From Candidatus Aenigmatarchaeota archaeon (GTDB taxonomy: Archaea; Aenigmatarchaeota; Aenigmatarchaeia; GW2011-AR5): a DNA stretch of 64,000 nucleotides. This document shows positions 19,068 to 28,960 of the stretch, one piece after another. The DNA lies in the NCBI GenBank assembly GCA_016193585.1, contig JACPRW010000001.1, positions 59,171 to 123,170 of the forward strand, read 5' to 3'. The notes under the pieces were generated by a model, which saw only the letters and a program-made list of their open reading frames with translations, did not search any database and had not been told where the DNA came from. Both the position numbers and the translations under genes were made by a program. Every line of letters starts with the position of its first letter. The first letter of the stretch is position 1.

Positions 19068-19466
19068 ACATCGCCTTGTAGCCAAAACCATTCTGAACCT
19101 GAAGAGCCACTTTCAGGCCGTCGGCGGTCCTGTTTTCAGTATTGTGCTGAATGCCTTGCATTCGCACATCTTCGGAGAAATATAATTTCTCCGAGATTCA
19201 GAAAATCTTCGATTTTCGAGAAATTTGCACGAACCTATGGTTCGGTGCAGTATTGTCGGAACTCTTCGCTTTCCTGCGGAAAGCTCGCTTTTCTTTCAGA
19301 AAAGTCGCTGAACAGCGATTAGAAGATCCGCTTCTGCGAAGCTCCATCCAAATGGCGATTATATAAAAAGAAATAATCGCCACTTCTTCTAATCGCATAC
19401 GTTATGCTCAATTCGTGGGCTCGCCGGTTAAAAAGTTTATTAAGCCAACTTAACTATTGATTAATT

Positions 19467-22159
19467 ATGGTAGACATTTTATATATTTTTTCAGGTTCAC
19501 CGTTGCTCTACATTCTCATATTAACATTAATTGCATTAGGTACATTCCTAATCTGGAAGTCATTCAAAACAAAATATAAATTCATTTTTTTAGGGGTTTT
19601 AGGCTTGGGAATAATCACTGTTCTCCTATTTTCTTTTATTAATACTCAACAAGGATCACCTGAACCGGATGCATCTGGAAAATCAGGCTACACATTGACT
19701 CTAAAAGAAGTGTGGGGTTCGAAGAGATGGATAAAGACCTTCGAAAGGCCCGGTAGTGATTATCCATTTGCAGTTCTGCAAACCTCTGACGGCGGGTATG
19801 TGGTTAGCGGGAGAACAAATAACGGCACGAAAGATTGCTATGGCGGGACCCCTATGATTTTAACATTCCTTTTCAAGACAGACGCGGATGGAAACAAAGT
19901 CTGGGAAAAGTTTCATTACGCTGGCAGAATAGTTTCAATCCAGCAGACTTCTGACGGAGGGCTGGTGGCTACAGGATCAATAGCTGCCACTGACACAGGA
20001 ATTGATGTTTACCTTGTAAAAACAGACGCGAAAGGCAGTATTACTTGGGAGAAGAGCTATGGTGAGAGTGATCCCGAGGGAGGATTTTCCGTCCAGCAGA
20101 CTTCTGACGGAGGGTATATCATTGCGGGGGGGGGACAGGTAGACGCTTGGGAAATCAAGGGATTTACTTGCTTAAAGTTGACAGCAACGGAAACAAATTG
20201 TGGAGCAGGATATTCGCCAAAGATTTAAAGACGGATGAGGAACCGCAACTGGTCCAGCAGGCTGCTGATGGAGGCTATATAGTTGTTGGGTGGAGGAAAT
20301 CGCAAGGAATGCCCAGCATAAAAGAAGACCCTAATGACCCATACATTGATGACGACGTCTATTTGCTAAGGACTGATTCATTAGGGAATAAGATTTGGGA
20401 GAAGACGATTGACGCATTTGGGAAGCGTGCAGACGAGAGGCTTGTGCATGATGCCTTGCAAACACCTGACGGAGGTTATGTAATTGTTGGAGGCTCAGCA
20501 CCCATTGTAAGATCAAATGGCGCACTACAAAGTTCGAGCCCCTATGTCTATTTGCTCAAGATTGATTCTGACGGGAACAAAACATGGACGAAGGATTATG
20601 GTATGGGAATTGGTCATTTAGTTCAGCTAACGTCCGACGGCGGTTACATAATCACTGGAGAGGTAATAGACAACGTGGGTCCAAATTACCTTGTGAAGAT
20701 AGGAACGGACAGTGACGGGAATAAGTTGTGGGAGAAACCCATTGAAATACTTAATACATATCAGGGCAAGGATTACCCAAATGTGGTTAAGCCAACCTTT
20801 GACAGCGGCTACATAGTCCTTGGAACCAGAGAATATGGCGACCTTATGGGATATGCCGGCATGCTGGAATCTGATACCCTGCTCATGAAGATAGAAGAAA
20901 CAGACACACTAAGATTGCCGGATTATGAGCGGGTACCGCCGCGTGAAACGAAGTTGCCCACCCAAGTTGAGCTACTGACTCCGACGGGAAAAGGATGGAT
21001 GAAGACAGTTGGAGGGAGTTTAGGCTCAAAGGCGCGAGCCGTGCAGAAGACATCTGACGGAGGCTATATAGTTGCAGGTTGGACTCATCGTAGTGTGACA
21101 GTACCTTATGGATTGAACGACACGACAGTCCTGACACAAAGGGAAGCATATATTGTTAAGACAGATGGAAATGGAAATAAAGTTTGGGAGAAGAGCTTTG
21201 GAGGAGATGGGTTTGAAGACGGGTTTTCAGTACAGCAAACCCCTGACAGCGGGTATATGGTTCTTGGAATCAAGGAGGCATATGCCTATCTGATAAAAAC
21301 AGATGCTTATGGAAACACGCAGTGGAATAAGACACTTGGTGAAAATTATGGTGATGTGGGTTTTTCACTCCTGCAGGCTTCTGACAGTGGATACATAATT
21401 GTTGGGATTACACAAGGCCATGGTGCGACCCCGTGTAACGCAAAAGAACCTGAGCGAGGCGCATCAGCTGATGTCTATATCATAAAGACTGATGCTGACG
21501 GAAACAAATTGTGGGAAAAAGTAATTGGCGGAACGCATATGGATATAGGATATTTTGTGCAGAAGACTTCTGACGGCAATTATATAATAACTGGAATGAC
21601 AGCTTCATTTAGTGAAAAAGGAGTCGAGGATGTTTACCTGCTTAAAATAGACAGCCATGGCAACAAATTGTGGGAAAAGGCAATTGGGGGGGACAAAAGC
21701 GAGATGGGCTATTCAGTACAACAAACTACTGACGGCGGTTATGTAATTGTTGGGCAAACAGTTTGGTCAATCAAAGGAGCAGATATGGGTGAAGGGGGTT
21801 ATGCTAGCCAGTCAGATATCTATTTAATAAAAACAGATACATACGGGAACAAAATCTGGGAAAAGACGTTTGGGGGGAGTTCGATGGATAGGGGATTTTC
21901 AGTGCAGCAGACTTCCGACGGCGGGTACATCATTACCGGAGACACAGACGGGCATCTTTACCTCTTCAAAACAGATGCAGACGGGAATAAAGTCTGGGAA
22001 AAGGCATTCAAAAGAGACGAGACCAAGCCATTCACGGGACGGTCTGTCAAGCAGACTACTGACGGCGGGTACATGGTTGTTGCAAATACGTTTTACACGT
22101 CAACACCTGCCTATCAGCCTATAATACTCATAAAGACAGACGCAAACGGGGATGTGTGA
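19467..22159 (+). pseudogene. secreted multi-repeat beta-propeller-like surface protein, frameshifted at a G9 tract
   Basis: It has an N-terminal TM/signal segment and 15 or more roughly 55-aa repeats (QQTSDGGYII.G....D.YL.KTD..GNK.WEK..GG). ORF 19467-20228 (frame 0) and ORF 20147-22159 (frame 2) share the same repeat and join if the G9 run at 20126-20134 gains one G. Confidence 0.6.
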
Positions 22160-23087
22160 AATTGTGAGAAAAACAATTTTTATAATCCCTTTGCTGATTT
22201 TGATTGTTTTTGTCAGTGGCTGCGTCGGGCAGGGACCTGGCATGAATCCGACTGTAATAACCGGCAAGACAACCATTGAGAAAAGCGGTTTGTACGTCTT
22301 GAACAGCGACATCTCCTGCACCGCCGAAGGTGAAATGGACGTATGCATCGATATACAGAGGCATGACGCTGTGCTTGATTGCCAGGGTCACAGCATAACT
22401 CTGGCGAATCAACAGGCCCGCCGCGGCCCTGCCAGTACCGGGATATACATAGCTGGCAGCGGCGTGGAGGACGTGACTGCCAGGAATACCGTCAGGAATT
22501 GCAGGATTGAGAACTTTGCATTCGGCATATTCCTCAAGGCCAGTTCCAACAACTTCATCAACAACACCATCAGCAACAATGGCATCGGAATCTACTACGA
22601 CGACTTTTCCTCGTACAACATTTTCATAAACAACACGGTGAGTAATAACAACAATAGAGGCATCTACCTGTTCATGCGCTCGTCCAACAACAATTTTACA
22701 GGCAACATTGTAAGAAACAATAGCATATACGGCATCATTATCACCTGCGCGGCACACCACAACACCTTTTCCAACAACGTGGTTGAAGGCAACGGATACG
22801 GCAGCACGAGTGACGAGAACGGCGGAATCTACATCCTCAACTCATACGCCAACGTCTTTTCAGGCAACGGGATATGCAACAACTCGAAAACCATTAAATG
22901 CAAGTTCGATGCCACAATGGAAGGCATAAGTGATATCTGCAGGCCGCAAGTCCTTCCAGACACCATTCCAATTGACAGGGATGCACAGGAAGCCGGAAAC
23001 CTCATTGACGGCGGGGGAAACACCTGTGGTCCGAGCTCCATGAGCTGCGACGGCACCACCATAAGCTGCATCAGGGGTTGCCCATGA
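22152..23087 (+). CDS. right-handed parallel beta-helix (NosD/pectin-lyase-like) lipoprotein
   Basis: Lipobox FVSGC, then N/G-rich approximately 22-aa repeats (NNTISNNGIGIYY, NNTVSNNNNRGIYL, ...). Confidence 0.65.
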   Translation: MCEIVRKTIFIIPLLILIVFVSGCVGQGPGMNPTVITGKTTIEKSGLYVLNSDISCTAEGEMDVCIDIQRHDAVLDCQGHSITLANQQARRGPASTGIYIAGSGVEDVTARNTVRNCRIENFAFGIFLKASSNNFINNTISNNGIGIYYDDFSSYNIFINNTVSNNNNRGIYLFMRSSNNNFTGNIVRNNSIYGIIITCAAHHNTFSNNVVEGNGYGSTSDENGGIYILNSYANVFSGNGICNNSKTIKCKFDATMEGISDICRPQVLPDTIPIDRDAQEAGNLIDGGGNTCGPSSMSCDGTTISCIRGCP

Positions 23088-24604
23088 AAAATCTGGCTAT
23101 TTTCTTTTTATTGTTTATTTCAATAGCACTTATCAGCGGCTGTGTCCAACAACCGTCTAAACTAAAGGATTCAGAAACACCGGGCTATGCATCATCAGGC
23201 ACAACCGGCAAATATCCGGAACAAAATCCAGATTGTGCAAACTCAGGTGTGAAAACCTGGGCAAAAGTGTTTGGCGGGCCTGGATTTGATTATGCAACTT
23301 CACTCCAGCAAACTCCTGATGGAGGGTATGTGGTTACTGGACTCCTTAATTCCGGACCGACGGACTCGACCGGCGAAAAGCAGTATGATGTCCTTTTGTT
23401 CAAGGTTGATATGGACGGGAACAAAGTATGGGAGAAGTCGTACGGGGGGAATGAGAACGATTTCGCATTCTCACTGCAACAGACTGCTGACGGTGGATAC
23501 ATTATCGGAGGAGAAACGCGTTCCTTTGAAGATAAAGGTGCCAATGCCTATCTTATAAAAACCGATGCCGATGGCAATCTGCAATGGAACAGGACATTCG
23601 ATATGTGCGGAGGAAACGAGTCTGACAGGGTACTCTCAGTGAGGCAGACTTCTGATGGTGGGTACATAAGTGCAGGCGTTACATTTTCCTGCAGCCAAAA
23701 GCTCTGGGGGGAACAGCTCCCATGGGACGACTCCTTCCTTCTTAAAACAGATGCAAACGGTAATATGTTGTGGGAGCGCATTTTTGGATGGAAGGAGAAC
23801 ATAGACCAGGCGCTTTCGGTCCAGCAGACCTCTGACGGAGGATTCGTGGCCATCGGATACATACACTATTATGACCCAAACGGACCTATCTATATCTATG
23901 GACGAGACATTTACTTGGTAAAAACTGATAAAGATGGAAACATACTGTGGAACAAAACATTCGGAATCGGTAACAAGACATCTCTTGGAAACGGATTGAA
24001 TAATGCGGAAGTGTTACAGCAGACTTCCGATGGAGGATATGTGGTTGCCGGACAAGGAGCCGACAGACGACTATATCTGCTGAAAGCTGATGCGAACGGC
24101 AATAAAGTCTGGGAAAAATCAATTGGAGATCTGAATTTGCATAGCAGGGGATACTCTGTAAAGGAAACAACTGACGGCGGCTACTTCATTATAGGGGCAC
24201 GATGCATTCCAGACTATGAACCGAGAACCATAATTGTCGACAGTAATGTTATTCTTGAGCATCCATGTGAGTTCTACTTCCTGAAAACTGATGCGAACGG
24301 AAACATAGTATCGGAGATGTCCGGCGGGCGCACTTTCAATGGCGTGCTATGGCCAGGCCAGCAGACTCCTGACGGGGGATACATAATTGTTGAAACTGTA
24401 TTCCCAAGAGTGAGCGCGACCCAGTATGCAAAGACGACTGACATCCTCATGATGAAGCTGAATGAGAATGGAGTTGTATGTAACCTTACTTATGGCCAAC
24501 CCTGCACACTGGTGCCTGAGCCAGAGTGGATAAACAACCCCGCATGCAAAAATCTTATTTATGATGAAGAGTACATTCACAATCCCTATCTCCCAGAGCG
24601 ATAA
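23078..24604 (+). CDS. beta-propeller repeat lipoprotein (same repeat family as 19467-22159)
   Basis: Lipobox LISGC, then repeated QQTSDGGY...YLLK.DANGNKVWEK units. Confidence 0.65.
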   Translation: MPMKNLAIFFLLFISIALISGCVQQPSKLKDSETPGYASSGTTGKYPEQNPDCANSGVKTWAKVFGGPGFDYATSLQQTPDGGYVVTGLLNSGPTDSTGEKQYDVLLFKVDMDGNKVWEKSYGGNENDFAFSLQQTADGGYIIGGETRSFEDKGANAYLIKTDADGNLQWNRTFDMCGGNESDRVLSVRQTSDGGYISAGVTFSCSQKLWGEQLPWDDSFLLKTDANGNMLWERIFGWKENIDQALSVQQTSDGGFVAIGYIHYYDPNGPIYIYGRDIYLVKTDKDGNILWNKTFGIGNKTSLGNGLNNAEVLQQTSDGGYVVAGQGADRRLYLLKADANGNKVWEKSIGDLNLHSRGYSVKETTDGGYFIIGARCIPDYEPRTIIVDSNVILEHPCEFYFLKTDANGNIVSEMSGGRTFNGVLWPGQQTPDGGYIIVETVFPRVSATQYAKTTDILMMKLNENGVVCNLTYGQPCTLVPEPEWINNPACKNLIYDEEYIHNPYLPER

Positions 24605-24668
24605 GACTCCGGGTAAATTCCATAATGGTCGATTAAAATGAGAAACGCGAAGGAAATGAGTAAAGGTA

Positions 24669-25235
24669 TTGTTAGCTTTGATTGTCTTTGTCAGCGGCTG
24701 CGTCCAAGAGGAAAAACAGGTTGAAAAGCAAGAAGAAAAACCAAAAATAGAGGAACGCTATTTTCCTGGCTGGGCACCAGCTCCGCTTGGATTGGCAATT
24801 ACCCCAGATGGAAAAACAGCCTACATTCCCTTCGGACTTGACGATGCGTTACTGGTAGTGAACTTATCAACATTTGCTGTCATCGATTCGATAGATGTAT
24901 CTGAAGCCGGCAACATGCTTCTTTTAACTGCTACAGTCTTGGGTCCAGACGGGAAAAAGCTTTACGTTTCCAACTATGGAACCAAGAACGTGATGGTGGT
25001 AGATACAGAAAACAAACGTGTTGAGAAGGTGCTTCCGTTAAATCCACTCCATGCAGCCGCCATCGCAATATCACGAGATGGAAGCAAAGCCTACGCGCCC
25101 TCAAAAGATGGGGGACTGTACGTAATAAATACTTTAGACAATTCGTATAACCGCATTTTTATACCCGGAGTTATTTTTGGCCCGGTAGTGCCTTCTTCCA
25201 GCAATCCAGAGTTAGTGTATTGGCCGACTTCATGA
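24669..25235 (+). CDS. YVTN-family beta-propeller lipoprotein
   Basis: TTG start with lipobox IVFVSGC, then ITPDGKTAYIP.../GPDGKKLYVSNYGTKNVMVVD.../SRDGSKAYAP YVTN-type blades. Confidence 0.55.
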   Translation: MLALIVFVSGCVQEEKQVEKQEEKPKIEERYFPGWAPAPLGLAITPDGKTAYIPFGLDDALLVVNLSTFAVIDSIDVSEAGNMLLLTATVLGPDGKKLYVSNYGTKNVMVVDTENKRVEKVLPLNPLHAAAIAISRDGSKAYAPSKDGGLYVINTLDNSYNRIFIPGVIFGPVVPSSSNPELVYWPTS

Positions 25236-25259
25236 AGTCCCGATACGTTGTATGCATTG

Positions 25260-26048
25260 TCACGCTACCTTCTCCCGCACATACCCCACCGCATTCCTGA
25301 AAATCTGCATGCCTCCGGCTTCCTTCGCCTCGCCGCGTGTCCAGCGCGGGTGGTTGGTAACGTCGTTAAAAGCTTCAGGGTGCGGCATCATGCCGAAGAC
25401 ACGGCCGGTTTCGTCGCAGATGCCGGCGATGCCATCAGTTGCTCCATTGGGATTCCAGGGATAGCCGGCTTCGGTTCCGTCAGGGCTGATGTACTGCAGC
25501 GCCACATGGCCGTTGTCATGCAGCCGCCGGCGCGTTGCGTTGTCAAGGGGAATCAGATTCCCCTCGCCGTGCCTGACCACCTGATACAGGCGGTCGATGC
25601 CTTTCGTGAACACGCACGGCGATTTCTTATTTGCTTTCAGGTGCACCCAGCGGTTTTCAAAGCGGCCAGACGCATTGGCCGCCAGCGTCACCGTCTGCGT
25701 GAAATAATCTTTGCCGAATGCCGGCAGCAGCCCAAGCTTTGCGATAATCTGAAACCCGTTGCATGCGCCGAATATGAGCTTGCCGTCCGCAATGAACTGC
25801 TCCAGATCAGGGCGCATTGTGTGCTTGAGTTTGATGGCAAATACCTTGCCGCCGGCGATGTCGTCCCCGAACGCAAAGCCGCCGGGTATGGCGAGAATAT
25901 GGAACGAATCGAGACTGATGTTCTTTTTCAGCAGGTCGCTGAAGTGCGCTATAGTGCTCTCCGCTCCTGCGTTCCTGAAGGAATGCGCCATTTCGTACTC
26001 GGCATTGAGGCCGTAGCCGGTGACGACAAGTACTTTGACGTTTTTCAT
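25260..26048 (-). CDS. purQ: FGAM synthase glutamine amidotransferase subunit
   Basis: MKNVKVLVVTGYGLNAEYEMA... class-I GATase. The ATG lies 2 nt after the purL stop (taactATG). Confidence 0.85.
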   Translation of the reverse strand: MKNVKVLVVTGYGLNAEYEMAHSFRNAGAESTIAHFSDLLKKNISLDSFHILAIPGGFAFGDDIAGGKVFAIKLKHTMRPDLEQFIADGKLIFGACNGFQIIAKLGLLPAFGKDYFTQTVTLAANASGRFENRWVHLKANKKSPCVFTKGIDRLYQVVRHGEGNLIPLDNATRRRLHDNGHVALQYISPDGTEAGYPWNPNGATDGIAGICDETGRVFGMMPHPEAFNDVTNHPRWTRGEAKEAGGMQIFRNAVGYVREKVA

Positions 26049-26050
26049 AG

Positions 26051-28957
26051 TTACCATCTCAGCGTTTGCTGCCACGACTCCTTCAGCTCGTTGACAGATG
26101 CACTGATAACTTCGTTTCCGTCAAGACCGCATACGGAAAACAAGCCATCAGGAGTCACGGTACCGATGCACGCCACAACACTGCCAGCTATGGTATGCTC
26201 GAATGCAACCCTGCTTTCAGGTAGGATGGTGACTATGAATCTCGATTGCGTCTCCGAGAAGAGCACGTAGTCATTGCGCTGTTCGCCGTTGTAGGGAACT
26301 TTTCTGAGGTCTATGCTCATCCCTAAATCACCTGCAAACGCCGTTTCAGCGAGCGCCACGCCAAGGCCGCCGTCAGAGCAGTCGTGACACGAAGCGACAA
26401 GCCCTGCTGTCATGGCTTTGTGCAAGCCTTTGTAGAGATTTTTTGCCGCAGGTGCGCTTACCCGTGGTACCTTATTGCCAACAAGGCTATGGTGCGCGAA
26501 ATATTCCGAGCCTCCGAGCTCGTCCTTTGTCTCGCCCAGAATGTACACAAGGTCGCCTGGATGCTTCGCGTCCATGGTGACCGCCGTGCGCACGTCAGCA
26601 ATCTTGCCGACGACGCTGAACAGCAGCGTGGGTGGTATGGAAATCCTTGTTTCGCCCCTGAAGTCGTTCTTCATGCTGTCCTTGCCTGAAATGCACGGAA
26701 CGCCGAAAGCAGTGGTGTAGTCGTACAGCGCCTTGTTCGCCCTCACGAGCTGCCCAAGCTTGTGCGCATCCTGTGTCGGGTCGGGCCAGCAGAAGTTGTC
26801 CAGCGCAGCAAGACAGTCAGGGTCAGCACCGACAGCAACTGCATTGCGTATCGCTTCGTCAAGCGCGCATGCGGCCATGTGGTACGCGTCGATGTCCCCA
26901 TACTTCGGGCAGATGCCGTGGCTGATGGCAATGCCTTCGTTCGATTCGAGCAGCGGCCGGACGACTGCTGCATCGCTTGGCCCGTCGTTGTGCGCGCCGG
27001 TGAGCGGCTTCACGACGCTGCCTCCCTGAACCTCGTGGTCGTACTGGCGTATGACGTATTCCTTCGAGCAGATGTTGAGACGGGAAAGTAATGCCATTAA
27101 TGCGTCCTTCAGGTCAGGCTCGGCAAAGCTGGCATCTGGCCATTGTTTCTCTTCCCACCGGGCGCTGAGCTTCATTCGCGGTGCCCCGTCGTGGAGGAAT
27201 TCCATGTCGAGGTACGCGACCGTTGCGCCGTTGTGCAGTGCATGGAATTTTCCTGTGCCGGTGAATGTGCCGATGGCCGTCGCCTCGACGCTGCGCAGCT
27301 TCGCCAGTTCCATGAATTCCTTTTCCTTGTCCCTGCTCACTGCAAGCACCATGCGCTCCTGCGATTCCGAGAGCAGTATCTCCCATGGCGCGAGTCCCGG
27401 GTACTTGAGCGGGCATTTGTCCAGGTGAATTTCGCAGCCGCCGCTCACGCGCGCGGTCTCGCCGACTGCTGATGACAAGCCGCCGCCACCGACGTCGGTG
27501 ATGAACCGGTACAGGCCCTTGTCCCGCGCCTCGAGCAGAAAATCGTACATGATTTTCTGGGTTATGGGATCGCCGAGCTGCACGGCGCTCACCGGCGAGC
27601 TTTCGCTTATTTCTGCGGACGAAAAGGTGGCGCCGTGGATGCCATCCTTTCCTGTCCTACCGCCTGCGACAACAATGAGGTCGCCGGGAACGACCGTCTT
27701 CGCATGAGACGGTTTCCCGTTGATGGCGTGCGGCATGATGCCGCAGGTGCCGCAGTACACCAGCGGCCTGCCGAGGAAACGGTCGTCGAAAACGATGCTG
27801 CCGTTCACCGTCGGAATGCCGAGCTTGTTGCCGCCGTGCTCGACGCCGCGCCGCACGCCCTCGAAAATGCGCTTCGGGTGCAGGACTCCTTTGGGCAGCG
27901 GCTTGTCGTAGTAGGGGCTTGCGAAGCAAAAAACATCGGTGTTGCACACAAGCCGTGCGCCAAGCCCGGCGCCGATGACGTCGCGGTTGACGCCGACGAT
28001 GCCGGTGAGCGCCCCGCCGTACGGCTCGAGCGCGGAGGGCGCGTTGTGCGTTTCCACCTTCATCGCAATGTTCCAGTTATCATTAAAGCGTATGATGCCG
28101 GCATTGTCCGAAAAGACCGAGACGAGCCACGGCTTCGCAATTTCCTTTGTCGATTTTTTGACGTAGGTGTCGAACAGGGAATCTATCCGCTCTTCGTTTC
28201 CGTCTTCCCTGTAGGTGATTGCTGCGTTGAAAATCTTGTGCTTGCAGTGCTCGCTCCACGTCTGCGCGAGCGCCTCGAGCTCGACGTCGGTAGGGTCCGC
28301 AAGTCCCAGAGCTTCACGCTGTGCACGCACGTCAGGGTTCGAAAAGTGGCGCCTGATGGCCTGCATTTCCCCAAGGGTGAGTGACAGGAGCTTCGATGAA
28401 CTGAGCTGCACCAGCTCATTGTCCGGCAGGTCGACGCTGACCGGTTCTGCATGCGGCGTGCGGTAGAGCTCGACTTTTGGCATCATTGTTGTAGTCGCGT
28501 CGCTTGGGCTCCTGACTTCCCAGCGCTCGATGAGCTCGTTTGCGAGCAGCTTGGTCGCGATGCGTTCCGCGTCGCCTCTGCTCAACGTCCCGCTGACAGC
28601 ATACTGGCGTGATGTATACACATCAGCAGCAATGCCGAGCATGTCGGTTATCGCTTCTTTTGATGTCTTCCCGACGTTGTCGGTGACGCCAGGCTTGAAG
28701 CCGACTTCAATGAGCCAGTTATAGCCACCAAGAACTGGCGCATCGATGGCGAACGTCTGGGTGACAGCATCGGCAAAGAGCTGCGCCGCAAGCGTGGTGA
28801 GCTGCTCATAGCGGAGGTTCGCATCAACAGTATAGACATCAGCAGTTCGCACCGAACCGACATGAAGACTGAGGTCGGCTTCTATTCGCTTGGCGACGGC
28901 ATTGCCGAGCGCGTCCGGGATTGCCGGCTTGCATGCCACTTCGATGCGGTGCGCCAT
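26051..28957 (-). CDS. purL: FGAM synthase PurL with two N-terminal PurS-like domains (PurS-PurL fusion)
   Basis: 968 aa. The N-terminal roughly 170 aa contains two PurS-like units (KPAIPDALGNAVAKRIE... and KPGVTDNVGKTSKEAITDMLG...LANELIERWEV), followed by the AIRS/AIRS_C duplicated FGAM synthetase body. Confidence 0.85.
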   Translation of the reverse strand: MAHRIEVACKPAIPDALGNAVAKRIEADLSLHVGSVRTADVYTVDANLRYEQLTTLAAQLFADAVTQTFAIDAPVLGGYNWLIEVGFKPGVTDNVGKTSKEAITDMLGIAADVYTSRQYAVSGTLSRGDAERIATKLLANELIERWEVRSPSDATTTMMPKVELYRTPHAEPVSVDLPDNELVQLSSSKLLSLTLGEMQAIRRHFSNPDVRAQREALGLADPTDVELEALAQTWSEHCKHKIFNAAITYREDGNEERIDSLFDTYVKKSTKEIAKPWLVSVFSDNAGIIRFNDNWNIAMKVETHNAPSALEPYGGALTGIVGVNRDVIGAGLGARLVCNTDVFCFASPYYDKPLPKGVLHPKRIFEGVRRGVEHGGNKLGIPTVNGSIVFDDRFLGRPLVYCGTCGIMPHAINGKPSHAKTVVPGDLIVVAGGRTGKDGIHGATFSSAEISESSPVSAVQLGDPITQKIMYDFLLEARDKGLYRFITDVGGGGLSSAVGETARVSGGCEIHLDKCPLKYPGLAPWEILLSESQERMVLAVSRDKEKEFMELAKLRSVEATAIGTFTGTGKFHALHNGATVAYLDMEFLHDGAPRMKLSARWEEKQWPDASFAEPDLKDALMALLSRLNICSKEYVIRQYDHEVQGGSVVKPLTGAHNDGPSDAAVVRPLLESNEGIAISHGICPKYGDIDAYHMAACALDEAIRNAVAVGADPDCLAALDNFCWPDPTQDAHKLGQLVRANKALYDYTTAFGVPCISGKDSMKNDFRGETRISIPPTLLFSVVGKIADVRTAVTMDAKHPGDLVYILGETKDELGGSEYFAHHSLVGNKVPRVSAPAAKNLYKGLHKAMTAGLVASCHDCSDGGLGVALAETAFAGDLGMSIDLRKVPYNGEQRNDYVLFSETQSRFIVTILPESRVAFEHTIAGSVVACIGTVTPDGLFSVCGLDGNEVISASVNELKESWQQTLRW

Positions 28958-28960
28958 CGT

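Noticed and set aside
25248-28384. ORFs antisense to purQ/purL (25248-26270 +, 27635-28384 +, 26762-27091 +)
   Set aside because: Same reasoning: they sit on the opposite strand of purQ/purL and have R/A/P-rich composition.
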